Shown here: piece by piece, positions 1 through 9,612 of the stretch | Layout: each line of letters starts with the position of its first letter | How positions within the stretch are numbered: the stretch's first letter is position 1 | From: an uncultured Acidobacteriota bacterium | GTDB lineage: Bacteria > Acidobacteriota > UBA6911 > RPQK01 > JAPXNP01 | Direction: 5' to 3' | DNA: 64,000 nt | NCBI GenBank assembly: GCA_963777605.1 | Contig: CAVZRV010000010.1 | Span: forward strand, 96,001 to 160,000 | The notes under the pieces: model-generated | What the model saw: the letters and a program-made list of their open reading frames with translations, nothing else | Told to the model about the DNA's origin: nothing | Databases searched by the model: none | Program-made: the position numbers and the translations under genes

Positions 1-834
1 AGCTTCGACAAGGAGTAAAGCGCCGACCTTCCTCCGTCGAGACCATGGGCGGCAGAGATCTCGTTGAATCACGAGGAAAGCCCCGGTGACGCCCAGCAAC
101 AGCAGGATCGCCGCACCCAGGTTGATCGCCTCATGTTCGAGGGGCGAATCGACAATATCGATGAAGCCATCAAGGAGATGCGCAGACAGTACTCTTCCAT
201 CAACTCCGATGAGGCTGTTTCCGTCCTTCACGACATCGTCCGGTACAAAGATGATCCCAACGCGTCCACTATTGCCTGGAGCGACCGGAAAGCTGATCAC
301 GGCAACCAGCAGCCGCTCATTTGGGGATGTCCTGAACAGCAAGGGGCTGCCCACGGCCTGGAGCTCGAGCCGGGAGGTTGCCGGGTTGACCGACTCGGTG
401 ATGGAGACAACTTGCGAGTCGCCCTGGGCAAAGAGCAGTTCCCGGTCCCTGCCCAGGACCCTTGAATTGATAATCCGTACCCGCTCCCCATTGAAGGCAT
501 CCGCGGAGTGACTCGGGAGGGCCACAGGAGTCTCGCTGAGCCCCACGACCGGACCGGAAAAGTCGGAAATTCGAACAAAAGGATGACGGTACAGGACCCC
601 TTCGCGACCCCGGTAGCTCAGGGTCATATTCAGCACGGACCAAGCCATGGGTTCGGGGCCCCGGTAGGTCAGAAAGAGTCCAACCTGGACGCACTGTCTT
701 TCGGAGCCTTCGCGGACCTGAAGTTCCTCGGTCTCGAAGAGCAGACTTTCACTACTAGCGTAAGCGGGGACAAGGATCCAAAAGAAAGGCAGAATCAGCC
801 CAGCCACCACTCGCTGACAGCCATCACTCGGCAT
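1..834 (-). CDS. Partial exported protein (runs off the left edge): signal peptide, cohesin-like beta-sandwich, C-terminal TM helix plus basic tail
   Basis: Not in the ORF track. Manual translation from ATG at 834 is open to base 1: MPSDGCQRVVAGLILPFFWILVPAYAS...VAVISFPVAPGNSGRVGIIFV...DGFIDIV...INLGAAILLLLGVTGAFLVIQRDLCRPWSRRRK. Confidence 0.7.
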   Translation of the reverse strand, partial: MPSDGCQRVVAGLILPFFWILVPAYASSESLLFETEELQVREGSERQCVQVGLFLTYRGPEPMAWSVLNMTLSYRGREGVLYRHPFVRISDFSGPVVGLSETPVALPSHSADAFNGERVRIINSRVLGRDRELLFAQGDSQVVSITESVNPATSRLELQAVGSPLLFRTSPNERLLVAVISFPVAPGNSGRVGIIFVPDDVVKDGNSLIGVDGRVLSAHLLDGFIDIVDSPLEHEAINLGAAILLLLGVTGAFLVIQRDLCRPWSRRRKVGALLLVEA

Positions 835-856
835 TCCAACCGGCATTTCCAGGCCC

Positions 857-1051
857 TCAGGCCACTTTCCGAATCAGGCGGGCCGGCGTCGTGACAATGG
901 CCCAGACCAGATCGAGCACGGCGCTGACCGTGATCCCGACGATACGAAACGGAAGCAGAATCAACCAGACCAGCGGATACAGGATCAGCGCCAGGATTGC
1001 CAATGGCCAGGACAGGATGAATAAAATGCACCAGAGTAAGAACTTAACCAT
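857..1051 (-). CDS. Small hydrophobic membrane protein (64 aa)
   Basis: GGAGG RBS upstream; almost fully hydrophobic with a basic C-terminus. Confidence 0.75.
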   Translation of the reverse strand: MVKFLLWCILFILSWPLAILALILYPLVWLILLPFRIVGITVSAVLDLVWAIVTTPARLIRKVA

Positions 1052-1121
1052 TCCGCAACCTCCATTCGCAGTAATGACTACGGAGGCTGGGCATCAAATG
1101 TTCATCCTGCCCAGGCCCGAC

Positions 1122-1925
1122 TCACTTTTTCTGCCAGATGACCGGGATAATCGCTGCGCCATCCAATACCTGGAAGGTGAAACTCTCCGTCAGGTAGAGC
1201 TCCACTTTCTCAGTCGTGTGCGAGTGGTAGCCAACAGCAAAGTCCTGTCCCAGGGTCAGCTTCATGTCTCCGCCACGCAGTGAGATCAGGAAGGATTCCT
1301 CCACGAACGGGTTCAGAATCAGAGAACTGGCCAACAGTCGCTCCAGTTGCGTCCTCAGCGGATAGCACTGGTCGTGCTCCGATATCGCCTGCCAGAGCTT
1401 CGAGCCGGCGAGAAGAACATAAGGCCCCTCGACGGCGGAGTGGGTGAACTCTGTCAGTCCCCGGGCCACCGTTTCGAGCAAGTTACCGGGTTCACCGGAA
1501 AACTTCAGAGCCTTGTGGCCGGCACTTTCCTTCAGGCCCTTGATTCCCCCTGGAGAGAAACCCTTGTAGATGGCCGATTCCTCGAACATTGCGATCTTTC
1601 GAGCCGCCTCTTCCAGCGGACCCAAATCGACCGCGCCGGCTCCTCGGGAAGCGTTGTCCAGTTCCCAACAGTCGAGACTGAACATGATCCGGGATTCGAT
1701 TAGCGGGAGGACCGCTCGAATCCCGTACCCAACCTCTCCTGCCTCCTGCCGGGTCTTCTCGAGCCTGCCCAAATTCACGGCCGAGTGCTCCCATCCCTTG
1801 GGGCCTTCGATATCGACAACGCGGCGCGCTGAGAGGCAAGCTTGCAAGGTCCGCTTTGCGGTCGTTTCAATCTGATCCCAAGCCTCGTCGGCAATCGGGG
1901 CAAGTCCTCTTCGTAGTAGATCCAT
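1122..1925 (-). CDS. Family 1 encapsulin shell protein (Linocin M18 type)
   Basis: MDLLRRGLAPIADEAW, ARRVVDIEGPKGW, SLRGGDMKLTLGQDFAVGY and LYLTESFTF motifs; AGGAG RBS before ATG 1925. Confidence 0.95.
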   Translation of the reverse strand: MDLLRRGLAPIADEAWDQIETTAKRTLQACLSARRVVDIEGPKGWEHSAVNLGRLEKTRQEAGEVGYGIRAVLPLIESRIMFSLDCWELDNASRGAGAVDLGPLEEAARKIAMFEESAIYKGFSPGGIKGLKESAGHKALKFSGEPGNLLETVARGLTEFTHSAVEGPYVLLAGSKLWQAISEHDQCYPLRTQLERLLASSLILNPFVEESFLISLRGGDMKLTLGQDFAVGYHSHTTEKVELYLTESFTFQVLDGAAIIPVIWQKK

Positions 1926-1961
1926 GCTCAACTCCTTTTCGTGATCGGGTCTCCCCGGATG

Positions 1962-2315
1962 TCAACTGCGACCGGTCCCTCGAAGACTTCCAATTGCCAG
2001 GTCGCCACGAGTTCCCTCTCCTTCTGATTCCTTCTCGAGCATCGTGATGTCGCCTTCGCTGAAAAGATAGGTTCTCAGTTTCTCGTCCCAGCCCGGCATA
2101 TTCCGCCTCAACCATTCGAGCGTCATGCAGGCATGTTCCATCTCCTCATCCCGGTTATGGGCAAGGATTGCCTTCAATTCCGCGTTCTCCGAAACGGCGA
2201 TTCGCTGCTGGTACCAGTCGACCGCGTCAATTTCCTCGATCAGGCTCCTCAGGGCCCTGACAAAATTGCGATTCTCTTCGCTCATTTGATCTACGGGCTC
2301 GTGGTAGTCGCTCAT
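1962..2315 (-). CDS. Encapsulin-associated ferritin-like protein (EncFtn/Flp) with cargo-loading peptide
   Basis: YHEP, SLIEEIDAVDWYQQR, AHNRDEEMEHACMTLEWLRR; C-terminal GDLAIGSLRG targeting peptide; GGAGG RBS before ATG 2315. Confidence 0.95.
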   Translation of the reverse strand: MSDYHEPVDQMSEENRNFVRALRSLIEEIDAVDWYQQRIAVSENAELKAILAHNRDEEMEHACMTLEWLRRNMPGWDEKLRTYLFSEGDITMLEKESEGEGTRGDLAIGSLRGTGRS

Positions 2316-2480
2316 CACTTCCTCCAAATCGGCAACGCCCTCCCAGCACCAGATCGCTTCGGTCCAGATCTCGAGCGGGCCGTCCAAACTGTTTTTCTAC
2401 AGACACTTATTGTTAGATTGTATGTGGGCACACGGTAAGCTTCAAGGCAACGCGAGCGACATCCGGCTCGAATCCCGCGA

Positions 2481-3875
2481 CTACTTTTCTTTCTCCACAC
2501 CGTGTCTCTCAAGGATCCGGTAAATCGTCCGGCGGTCAATTCCCAGGACCTCGGCAGCGCGCGTGACGTTGCCATCCTGCGATGCCAGAACCCTCTGCAC
2601 GTATTCCAGTTCCTTTTCAGCAAGGCTCTTGTAGATAATCGGTCCGGACGGTTCCTTTCCTGCAACGCTCTCGGATGATCCATTCCGAATCTCGTCCGGG
2701 AAATCGTCCGGCGTCAGGACTCCGCTGCGGTTGAGCGCGATGGCACGCTCAACCGCGTTCTCCAACTCCCGCACGTTGCCCGGCCAGGAGTAAGAGGCGA
2801 GCAACCGGTAGACCGCATCTGCGACCGCGATTGACTTGGCTGCGACCGCGGCAAAGTGCCGCACGAAGTGGTCCAGGAGCAAAGGCAGGTCCCCGCGACG
2901 TTCCCTCAAGGGAGGCAGTTCGATAGTCACGACCTTGAGGCGATAGAAAAGATCTTCCCGAAACGCCTTTTCTTCCACGAGGTCCGGCAATGGCCGGTTG
3001 GTCGCCGAAACGATCCTCACGTCAACCGGGACTGTTTCGGTTGCTCCGACCGGCAGAACCTCCCGCTCCTCCAGCACGCGAAGAAGCTTCATCTGAAGAG
3101 CCGCACTCGTGTCCCCGATTTCGTCCAGAAAACAGGTGCCTCGATTAGCAGCCTCGAAGACGCCTTTTTTCGGCGCCGATGCCCCTGTGAAGGCACCTTT
3201 GACGTACCCGAAGAGCTCGCTTTCCAGCAAGCTCTCCGCGAGGGCCCCGCAGTTTACCGCCCGAAAGGCTCCGCTTCGCTTGCTCAAGTGATGGACCATG
3301 CGCGCGACCAGTTCTTTTCCTGTGCCGCTTTCGCCCTGGATCAGTACCGTAGTCGGCAAAGGGGCCACCCGGGCGATCATTTTGTAGACCTCGACCATCT
3401 CGGGACTTCTCCCAACGATTCCCGACTGGGCCTCCTGGGTCTCGAGTTCCGACTTCAGCTTCACGTTCTCACGGTGAACAAAACTCTGCTCAAGAGCGCG
3501 TCGGACCACGAGGCGGAGGTGGTCCAGTTTGAACGGCTTGCTCAGGTAGTCGAACGCTCCCTGATTGATCGCCTCGACCGCGCTTTCCATGTCGGCGAAG
3601 GCCGTCAAGATGATGACCGGGACACCCGGCATTTGGGCGCGGACCTTGTGGAGTACTTCCAACCCACTGGCCTCCTTCATCCGAAGGTCGGTCATAACCA
3701 GGTCGAATCCCTGGCCTCCTTCCTGAATCAGGAAGAGTGCCTCGCGGCTGCTCGTCGTAGGCTGAACCTCGTACTCTTCCCGGCGCAGGACATCGGAAAG
3801 CGATTCGAGAGCAGAACGGTCATCATCGATCACGAGGATCTTTGCGTCAGTCACATCCTTCATTGTCAAACTCAC
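2481..3875 (-). CDS. Sigma54-dependent response regulator (REC-AAA+-Fis HTH; NtrC/AtoC/ZraR family)
   Basis: REC (VIDDD, TDLRM, KPF), GESGTGKE, GAFTGA, FLDEIG, WPGNVRELEN, C-terminal AAEVLGIDRRTIYR. Confidence 0.95.
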   Translation of the reverse strand: MSLTMKDVTDAKILVIDDDRSALESLSDVLRREEYEVQPTTSSREALFLIQEGGQGFDLVMTDLRMKEASGLEVLHKVRAQMPGVPVIILTAFADMESAVEAINQGAFDYLSKPFKLDHLRLVVRRALEQSFVHRENVKLKSELETQEAQSGIVGRSPEMVEVYKMIARVAPLPTTVLIQGESGTGKELVARMVHHLSKRSGAFRAVNCGALAESLLESELFGYVKGAFTGASAPKKGVFEAANRGTCFLDEIGDTSAALQMKLLRVLEEREVLPVGATETVPVDVRIVSATNRPLPDLVEEKAFREDLFYRLKVVTIELPPLRERRGDLPLLLDHFVRHFAAVAAKSIAVADAVYRLLASYSWPGNVRELENAVERAIALNRSGVLTPDDFPDEIRNGSSESVAGKEPSGPIIYKSLAEKELEYVQRVLASQDGNVTRAAEVLGIDRRTIYRILERHGVEKEK

Positions 3876-5446
3876 CCAATCCCATTACCGTGGTTTGTGC
3901 CGGAAATCAAGGGCAGCAGAACCGTAAACCGTGTTCCTTCGCCCACTTTGCTCTCAACCGATATCCTTCCACCATGCCGGCGGACGATTTCCTGGCTCAC
4001 TGCCAGCCCCAGTCCGGTGCCCTCGACCTCTTGCTTACTCGTGAAGAAGGGTTCGAAAATCGACTCCAGGTTCTCCTGAGGGATGCCGACACCGTCATCC
4101 TGAACCTCAACCCGCAGCTTGGCGGCTTCACCGGGCAGCTCAGGCTTGGGAGTGTCCACAAGGACCTTGATGTGTCCGCCCGGCTTGACCGCGTCGAGGG
4201 CGTTGTTCAAGAGGTTCAAAAAGACTTGCTGGAGCTGGTTCGGGTCCCCTCGAACCAGGACGTCCCCGTTTTCGGACTCCATGTCCACCCCGCAGGAAAT
4301 ATGGCGCTGGGCAAGAGACGGGGCCAGCAACTGCACAACCTTGTCGATCGATGTCCGGATGTCGATCTGCTCTTTCTTGGACCTTGCCCGGGTCGTCGAG
4401 AGGAGACTTTCCACGATCCCGCAGACGCGGTCGATCTGGTCGGTCGCTAGCTTGAGACGTTTCCTCGCGTCCTCACTCAAATCGTCGTCCTCGAGGATCA
4501 ACTGGAGATGGGTGGAGACAGCCCCCAGCGGAGACCCGATATCGTGCGCGAACGAGGCCGTCAACTGGCCGACGAGAGCCAACCGCTCCGCCTGGAGCCG
4601 GCGCTTCTGTGCTTCGAGTAGTTCGAGGTTGATCAACTCCAGTTGCTGATTCCGGGTTTCAAGCTCTGCGGTCGCGGCATCGATCTGTTCCTGCATGTGC
4701 CGGTTCAGCCGTTCGATCTCTCCCAGCATTTCATTCAGCCGGGACGCCAGGGCGCTGAACTCGGCGGGGTAGTTCTCGACCGCCCTCGCATCCGACTGCC
4801 CTTTCGCGAAGTGTTCCATGACGCCGGTCAACTCGTCCACGTTTCGGGTGACGCTGGTCTGGAAGAGCCAGGCGATACCCCCGACCAGGAGAACGATGGT
4901 GATTGCCATCAGGAACAGTCCAATCCTGGAATGGGTAGCCAGGAGCGAATCCACCAGGTCGAGGGAATTCATGATCGTCATGAAGCCCGGGCGCCCATCC
5001 GCGAAATGAAAGGGGTGGACGTTGAAGAGGAGGCGGGCGTCTCCCTGTTCTACTACAAAGGAACGGATCCGCATCTCGGTCAGGGCCTGCCGCTCCCCGG
5101 CGATTGGCTCGCGGATGCTCCGCGCGGAACTGGTGGCGATCAGTTCGAGCCCATCTTCGTTGGCTGCAAAGATATCGATCCGCTCGATGCTCGGCTCGAG
5201 TTCAAGCATCTCCCGGACCTGGAGGATGATGTCAAACGGTATGGCCGCTTCGGGTACCTGCTGAAGTTGGCTCGTGAAGCGCTGCAGCGCCTGGAGGCTC
5301 CGGTCGGACATCACCCGCTCAACCTCGATAGCTGAACGGTCAGCCGTAAGCCAGGCCATGAGTACCAGGACCGAGGTTGTGATGAACCCGGTCAGAACGA
5401 CAATTCGAGCTTGCAGCGACCACCGCCGTACCCTTGATGGTTTCAT
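3872..5446 (-). CDS. Membrane sensor histidine kinase (2 TM, HAMP, HisKA, HATPase)
   Basis: FAHDIGSPL H-box, NLLNNALDA, DDGVGI, FEPFFTSK, GTGLGL; overlaps the regulator start. Confidence 0.95.
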   Translation of the reverse strand: MKPSRVRRWSLQARIVVLTGFITTSVLVLMAWLTADRSAIEVERVMSDRSLQALQRFTSQLQQVPEAAIPFDIILQVREMLELEPSIERIDIFAANEDGLELIATSSARSIREPIAGERQALTEMRIRSFVVEQGDARLLFNVHPFHFADGRPGFMTIMNSLDLVDSLLATHSRIGLFLMAITIVLLVGGIAWLFQTSVTRNVDELTGVMEHFAKGQSDARAVENYPAEFSALASRLNEMLGEIERLNRHMQEQIDAATAELETRNQQLELINLELLEAQKRRLQAERLALVGQLTASFAHDIGSPLGAVSTHLQLILEDDDLSEDARKRLKLATDQIDRVCGIVESLLSTTRARSKKEQIDIRTSIDKVVQLLAPSLAQRHISCGVDMESENGDVLVRGDPNQLQQVFLNLLNNALDAVKPGGHIKVLVDTPKPELPGEAAKLRVEVQDDGVGIPQENLESIFEPFFTSKQEVEGTGLGLAVSQEIVRRHGGRISVESKVGEGTRFTVLLPLISGTNHGNGIG

Positions 5447-5644
5447 TGGAAGTACTCATTCTGACAGAGGGTTCAAAAAAGGTACAAGTCGGGGCAAGTC
5501 CCTACGGCTCCACCGAGATCCGGAATTACCAATGAGGCAGAAATGTCATCCCGAACAAAGCTGCCACGTGATCGCTCCCTCAATAAAGCCTCTCGAGAAC
5601 TCGCAGCCCTTATATTCTCAACACTTCCACGCACAGTGAATTTG

Positions 5645-5660
5645 TGGCACAGGGCTTGCT
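5645..5660 (+). promoter_or_regulatory. Sigma54 -24/-12 promoter of the DegQ protease
   Basis: TGGCAC-AGGGC-TTGCT matches the consensus, 60 bp before the ATG. Confidence 0.85.
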
Positions 5661-5720
5661 TAAGGATCTAGTGTCTGGAAATGAAATCCGGGCCTACAAA
5701 CCAATGAGGAGCACATTGCT

Positions 5721-7208
5721 ATGAAATACGGAAAGAAAGCAGGAGCGATCACTTCGATCCTGTCGATACTTACTTTGGGAATCCTGGTCGGGTTCCTGGT
5801 TGCGTCAAAGACTGACTCGGTACCGCCGCTTCAGACGTTGCCGGCTTTTGCCGCAACTACGCCCGCAGCAGACAACACCCTTACTACAAATGACAGTGCG
5901 ACTGCACTGGAGGCTCAGTTCTCAACTGCCGTCAAGCATGCCATGCCGGCGGTGGTCAGCGTTCTGTCCTCCAAGACCGTGAAGGTTGAGAGCAACATCC
6001 CCAACGACCCATTCCTCCGGAGATTTTTCGGCCAGATGATGCCGCAGAATGAGCCTCCTGAGAAAGAGCGGGGACTTGGCTCGGGTGTTGTCCTTTCTCC
6101 TGACGGCTATATCGTCACCAATAATCACGTGGTCGATGGAGCCGACCATGTTGAGGTGCGTCTTTCCGACAAGACCAGTTACAAGGCCAAGGTGGTTGGA
6201 GCCGACGGTGCTACTGACCTGGCTTTGCTTAAGATAGATGCGGAAGATCTGCCCTACCTCAATGTTGCCAAGGGAGGGAACCTGGACGTCGGGGACATTG
6301 TCTTCGCGATCGGGAACCCGTTCGGAGTGGGCCAGACCGTGACGATGGGCATCGTCAGTGCGACCGGCCGTGGAAACCTGGGCATTGAGGATTACGAGGA
6401 CTTCATCCAGACGGATGCCGCGATCAATCCCGGTAATTCCGGAGGAGCCCTGATCAACACCCAGGGGCAGCTCGTCGGAATCAACACGGCGATTATCGGC
6501 CGCAGCGGCGGCAACAACGGCATTGGTTTCGCGATTCCTGTCCAGATGGCGGAGAAAATAATCACGCAGCTACGCCATAACGGAACGGTAACGCGTGGTT
6601 ACATCGGTGCCTACATTCAGGACGTGAGCCCTGAGATCGCCTCAGCGTTCAACGCCAACGGGACCAACGGTGCTCTGGTTTCTGATGTCTCGGCCGACGG
6701 TCCGGGTGCCAAGGCCGGACTCAAGAGAGGTGACATCATCACCGCAGTTGATGGGACGCCGATTCCGGATGGTCGCCGGTTGCGGCTGCTGGTTGCAGGA
6801 ACCGCTCCTGGAACGACGGTGAAGATGACCGTCATGAGAAACGGCAGTGAACTGCAGGTTCCGGTCACCTTGGGCAAGCTGCCCGGGAGCCAGGAAGAAC
6901 AGGCCAACACGCCGGGTGCGGAGAATGATTCTCTGCGCGGACTGAACGTCCAGCCTCTCACTCCTGACATCCGCGACCAGCTCGGCCTGGAAGCCGGAAC
7001 GACCGGTGTGGTGATCTCGGGTGTGGACGGTGGACCAGCCGCGGATGCGGGCCTCCAGCGAGGCGACGTTATCCAGGAAGTCAACCGCGAACGGGTTGGG
7101 ACACCCGCCGAACTGCGGTCGGCATTCCAGCAGGCAACCGGCAAGTCGGCCCTGCTCCTGGTTAACCGTGGTGGAAAGACCTTCTTCGCGGTACTTCCCG
7201 CGGAGTAG
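5721..7208 (+). CDS. degQ: Do/DegQ (HtrA) serine endoprotease with two PDZ domains
   Basis: GLGSGV, TNNHVV, TDLALLKI, QTDAAINPGNSGGAL, two PDZ repeats. Confidence 0.93.
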   Translation: MKYGKKAGAITSILSILTLGILVGFLVASKTDSVPPLQTLPAFAATTPAADNTLTTNDSATALEAQFSTAVKHAMPAVVSVLSSKTVKVESNIPNDPFLRRFFGQMMPQNEPPEKERGLGSGVVLSPDGYIVTNNHVVDGADHVEVRLSDKTSYKAKVVGADGATDLALLKIDAEDLPYLNVAKGGNLDVGDIVFAIGNPFGVGQTVTMGIVSATGRGNLGIEDYEDFIQTDAAINPGNSGGALINTQGQLVGINTAIIGRSGGNNGIGFAIPVQMAEKIITQLRHNGTVTRGYIGAYIQDVSPEIASAFNANGTNGALVSDVSADGPGAKAGLKRGDIITAVDGTPIPDGRRLRLLVAGTAPGTTVKMTVMRNGSELQVPVTLGKLPGSQEEQANTPGAENDSLRGLNVQPLTPDIRDQLGLEAGTTGVVISGVDGGPAADAGLQRGDVIQEVNRERVGTPAELRSAFQQATGKSALLLVNRGGKTFFAVLPAE

Positions 7209-7240
7209 TACGTGCCCGGACTCCGTCCCGGCACGCCACA

Positions 7241-7304
7241 AAACCGCATGAGCCCCCTACCGGGGCGGGCGACGAACGCCGCCCGCCCCGGTTGCATGCG
7301 GTTT
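7241..7304 (+). terminator. Strong GC hairpin after degQ
   Basis: ACCGGGGCGGGCG...CGCCCGCCCCGGT nested in AAACCGCATG...CATGCGGTTT. Confidence 0.55.
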
Positions 7305-7384
7305 CGGGCAATCGCCTGGTGAAGGGGTTGACGGCCGGACATCCGTCGCTGCTCACCAGCGTCGAAGGAAAGGAGCATCTGCAG

Positions 7385-7822
7385 ATGGGAACGACGGCCA
7401 CTCGATTCTGGACCTTTCAAACACGAATCATCCTTCTGGCCGGGTTCGTCACTCTCGTGGGTTGGTGCTCCTGGCCTGGCTTACGCCAACCGATCCGCCG
7501 TCCACGTTGAACATCCTGATCCCGTTTGAGATATCCTCCAGGTCCGGGAGATGTCGAACTCGAACCGAGGTTCAGCGCATCGAATTTAAAAAATTCCGCG
7601 GGAGTATCCGGGAATCGTCTAGGCGGAACCTATCCTCGTGAAACAGGGGCGCAACCGACTCCTTTTCAACGTCCTCCGTTTTTCAGACGGTCGCCCTGCC
7701 TTCATTACCGTCGTTTCTTGCACTGGCCGATACCCTGATCGCAACCCACTTCCGAATCAGCCTCTATCTGATACCGATCACGCTCGTTCTGCTGATCGGT
7801 GGAATCGCCTGGCTCTTCAAGC
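7385..7822 (+). pseudogene. Degraded paralogue of the N-terminal sensor region of the 3872-5446 kinase
   Basis: Collinear pieces across several frames: FWTFQTRIILLAGF, LVLLAWL, ILQVREM, QGRNRLLFNV, FSDGRPAFITV, LIATHFRISLYLIPITLVLLIGGIAWLF; each matches the intact kinase. Confidence 0.85.
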
Positions 7823-7865
7823 GAAAAACCACGGCGATCGCCTGACTGGAAACTTCAAATTACCG

Positions 7866-8033
7866 GAGACAGGAGACCGAGACACGAGACCGGGAGGAAT
7901 CGGGAATCGCGAAGCGAGCATCGAGAATCGTTGTGAATCACGAAAATCGGCTGCTTCCAACGCCAGCGTGACCTATCTCGCCCAGGTGTAGGTTCATTCC
8001 CGATCCTCGCTACCCGCTTCTCGATTCTCGATT
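7866..8033. repeat. Imperfect 7-bp tandem repeats arranged as an inverted pair
   Basis: GAATCGG GAATCGC GAAGCGA GCATCGA GAATCG versus CCCGATC CTCGCTA CCCGCTT CTCGATT CTCGATT; preceded by GAGAC repeats. Confidence 0.55.
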
Positions 8034-8332
8034 TGAACACAGTTTCACTCTGCGAATGGTCTCCGCAGCGCGGAGGGGCGGGGCTGGCTTGAAACGCAAG
8101 GCAGGACATACATCCCTGCTTGTCCCACGTCCGGAGCCACCGAACAGAAGACAGGAGAGCGTGATCCGGGGAGGCCTTGCCTGGTATGGCGCAGGGGCAG
8201 CCTGCCCGGCGAGTTCCGCTCCTGGTACAGCAATTGAAGACCTGACTTCGACTGGGATTCAGGAGCTTCTTCCAAAGAATTCTTACGCCTGCTCTTGAAT
8301 CCGTATCCCGTTGTGGTTTTTGATGGGAGACT

Positions 8333-9511
8333 ATGAAGTTCGTTTCTTCCCGGGTAGTCGTCGCACTGATCATGAGTATTGGAATTTCCGGTCTTGGGTG
8401 GGCCTTATCGCAGGCTGCGCCTCAGGGAAACACGAATAAAGGAGGGGACACCAAAGTGAGATTCTACGTTGGTACCTACACGAACACCACCAGCAAAGGA
8501 ATCTATCGCTGCGATCTCGACCTCGAGTCCGGTCGCCTGGGCAAGCCCGAACTGGCGGTTGAGGCCCCGAGCCCGTCATTCCTCGTCTTCGATCCTCTCT
8601 GGTCAATCCTTTACTCCGTCAACGAAGTCAGCGAATACCAGGACAAACCGACCGGATTCGTGAGTTCCTATGCGATCGACGCGGACTCGGGTGATCTCCG
8701 GCTTGTGGGTCGGGCTTCGTCGGGAGGCACCGGCCCCTGCCACTTGGGCGTGGGGGCATCCGGCCAAATGCTCGCGACAGCGAACTACGGCGACGGCGCG
8801 GTCGCGATCTCTCCCTTGAACACGAACGGTGCGATCTCGCCTCCTCAGGATATCGTTCGCCATTCAGGATCGGGCCCGAATCCAAGCCGCCAGGAAGGAC
8901 CCCATGCGCACAGCGCCACCTTCGGTCCCCGGGGACTGCTCTACGTGGCCGATCTCGGTCTCGACAAAGTCTATTTCTACATCGTCGATGTCGAGCGCGC
9001 CCGCATCGAGGACTACGATACGCCATTCGTTGAAGTCACTCCCGGATCCGGACCGCGGCACGTCGCTTTCGATCCGTCCGGAGAAGAGATGTATGTTGTC
9101 AATGAAATGGCTTCGACGGTGACGCGGTTTCAGCCCTTCAGCCGCACTCCGAACGAACAGCTACAGACGATCAGTACTCTCCCTGCTGCTTTTACCGGGA
9201 AGAGCTGGCCGGCGGAAATCGCGGTTTCCCCCGACGGCCGCTTTCTCTATGTCTCCAATCGTGGCCACGACAGCATCGCGATCTTCCGGATTACCGAGAA
9301 GGGACTCGTATCGGCCGGTTTCGTTCCCACCGGGGGGGAGAATCCTCGACACTTCAGCATCGACCCGTCCGGCAAGTTCATGATCGTCGCAAACCAGGAC
9401 AGCGACAACCTGGTCCTGTTCCGGGTCGATCCTAAGACCGGGCAGTTGACGAGGACGGACTCCGAAGTTTCGGTGGCACGTCCGGTCTGTGTTTGTTTTA
9501 CTGCGAAGTAG
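8333..9511 (+). CDS. pgl: Exported lactonase family protein (6-phosphogluconolactonase-like beta-propeller)
   Basis: FYVGTYT, GPCHL, ANYGDG, RQEGPHAHS, DLGLD, GSGPRH, SNRGHDSI, PRHF, ANQDS; signal peptide. Confidence 0.88.
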   Translation: MKFVSSRVVVALIMSIGISGLGWALSQAAPQGNTNKGGDTKVRFYVGTYTNTTSKGIYRCDLDLESGRLGKPELAVEAPSPSFLVFDPLWSILYSVNEVSEYQDKPTGFVSSYAIDADSGDLRLVGRASSGGTGPCHLGVGASGQMLATANYGDGAVAISPLNTNGAISPPQDIVRHSGSGPNPSRQEGPHAHSATFGPRGLLYVADLGLDKVYFYIVDVERARIEDYDTPFVEVTPGSGPRHVAFDPSGEEMYVVNEMASTVTRFQPFSRTPNEQLQTISTLPAAFTGKSWPAEIAVSPDGRFLYVSNRGHDSIAIFRITEKGLVSAGFVPTGGENPRHFSIDPSGKFMIVANQDSDNLVLFRVDPKTGQLTRTDSEVSVARPVCVCFTAK

Positions 9512-9612
9512 CCCGTCCGGGAGTACCCGGTCAGGTTCAAAGATAGAGGACTTCACAACTCGCCAGGAAGGTCGTTGCGATTCCCGTCACTGCCTGCCCG
9601 GGATCGCCTGTC

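Noticed and set aside
64-894. Plus-strand ORFs 64-465, 86-511 and 508-894
   Set aside because: Shadows of the minus-strand gene at 1-834, which has a signal peptide and TM helix
1122-1925. HK97-fold protein as a prophage capsid or bacteriocin
   Set aside because: Adjacent cargo with a targeting peptide and absence of phage genes indicate an encapsulin
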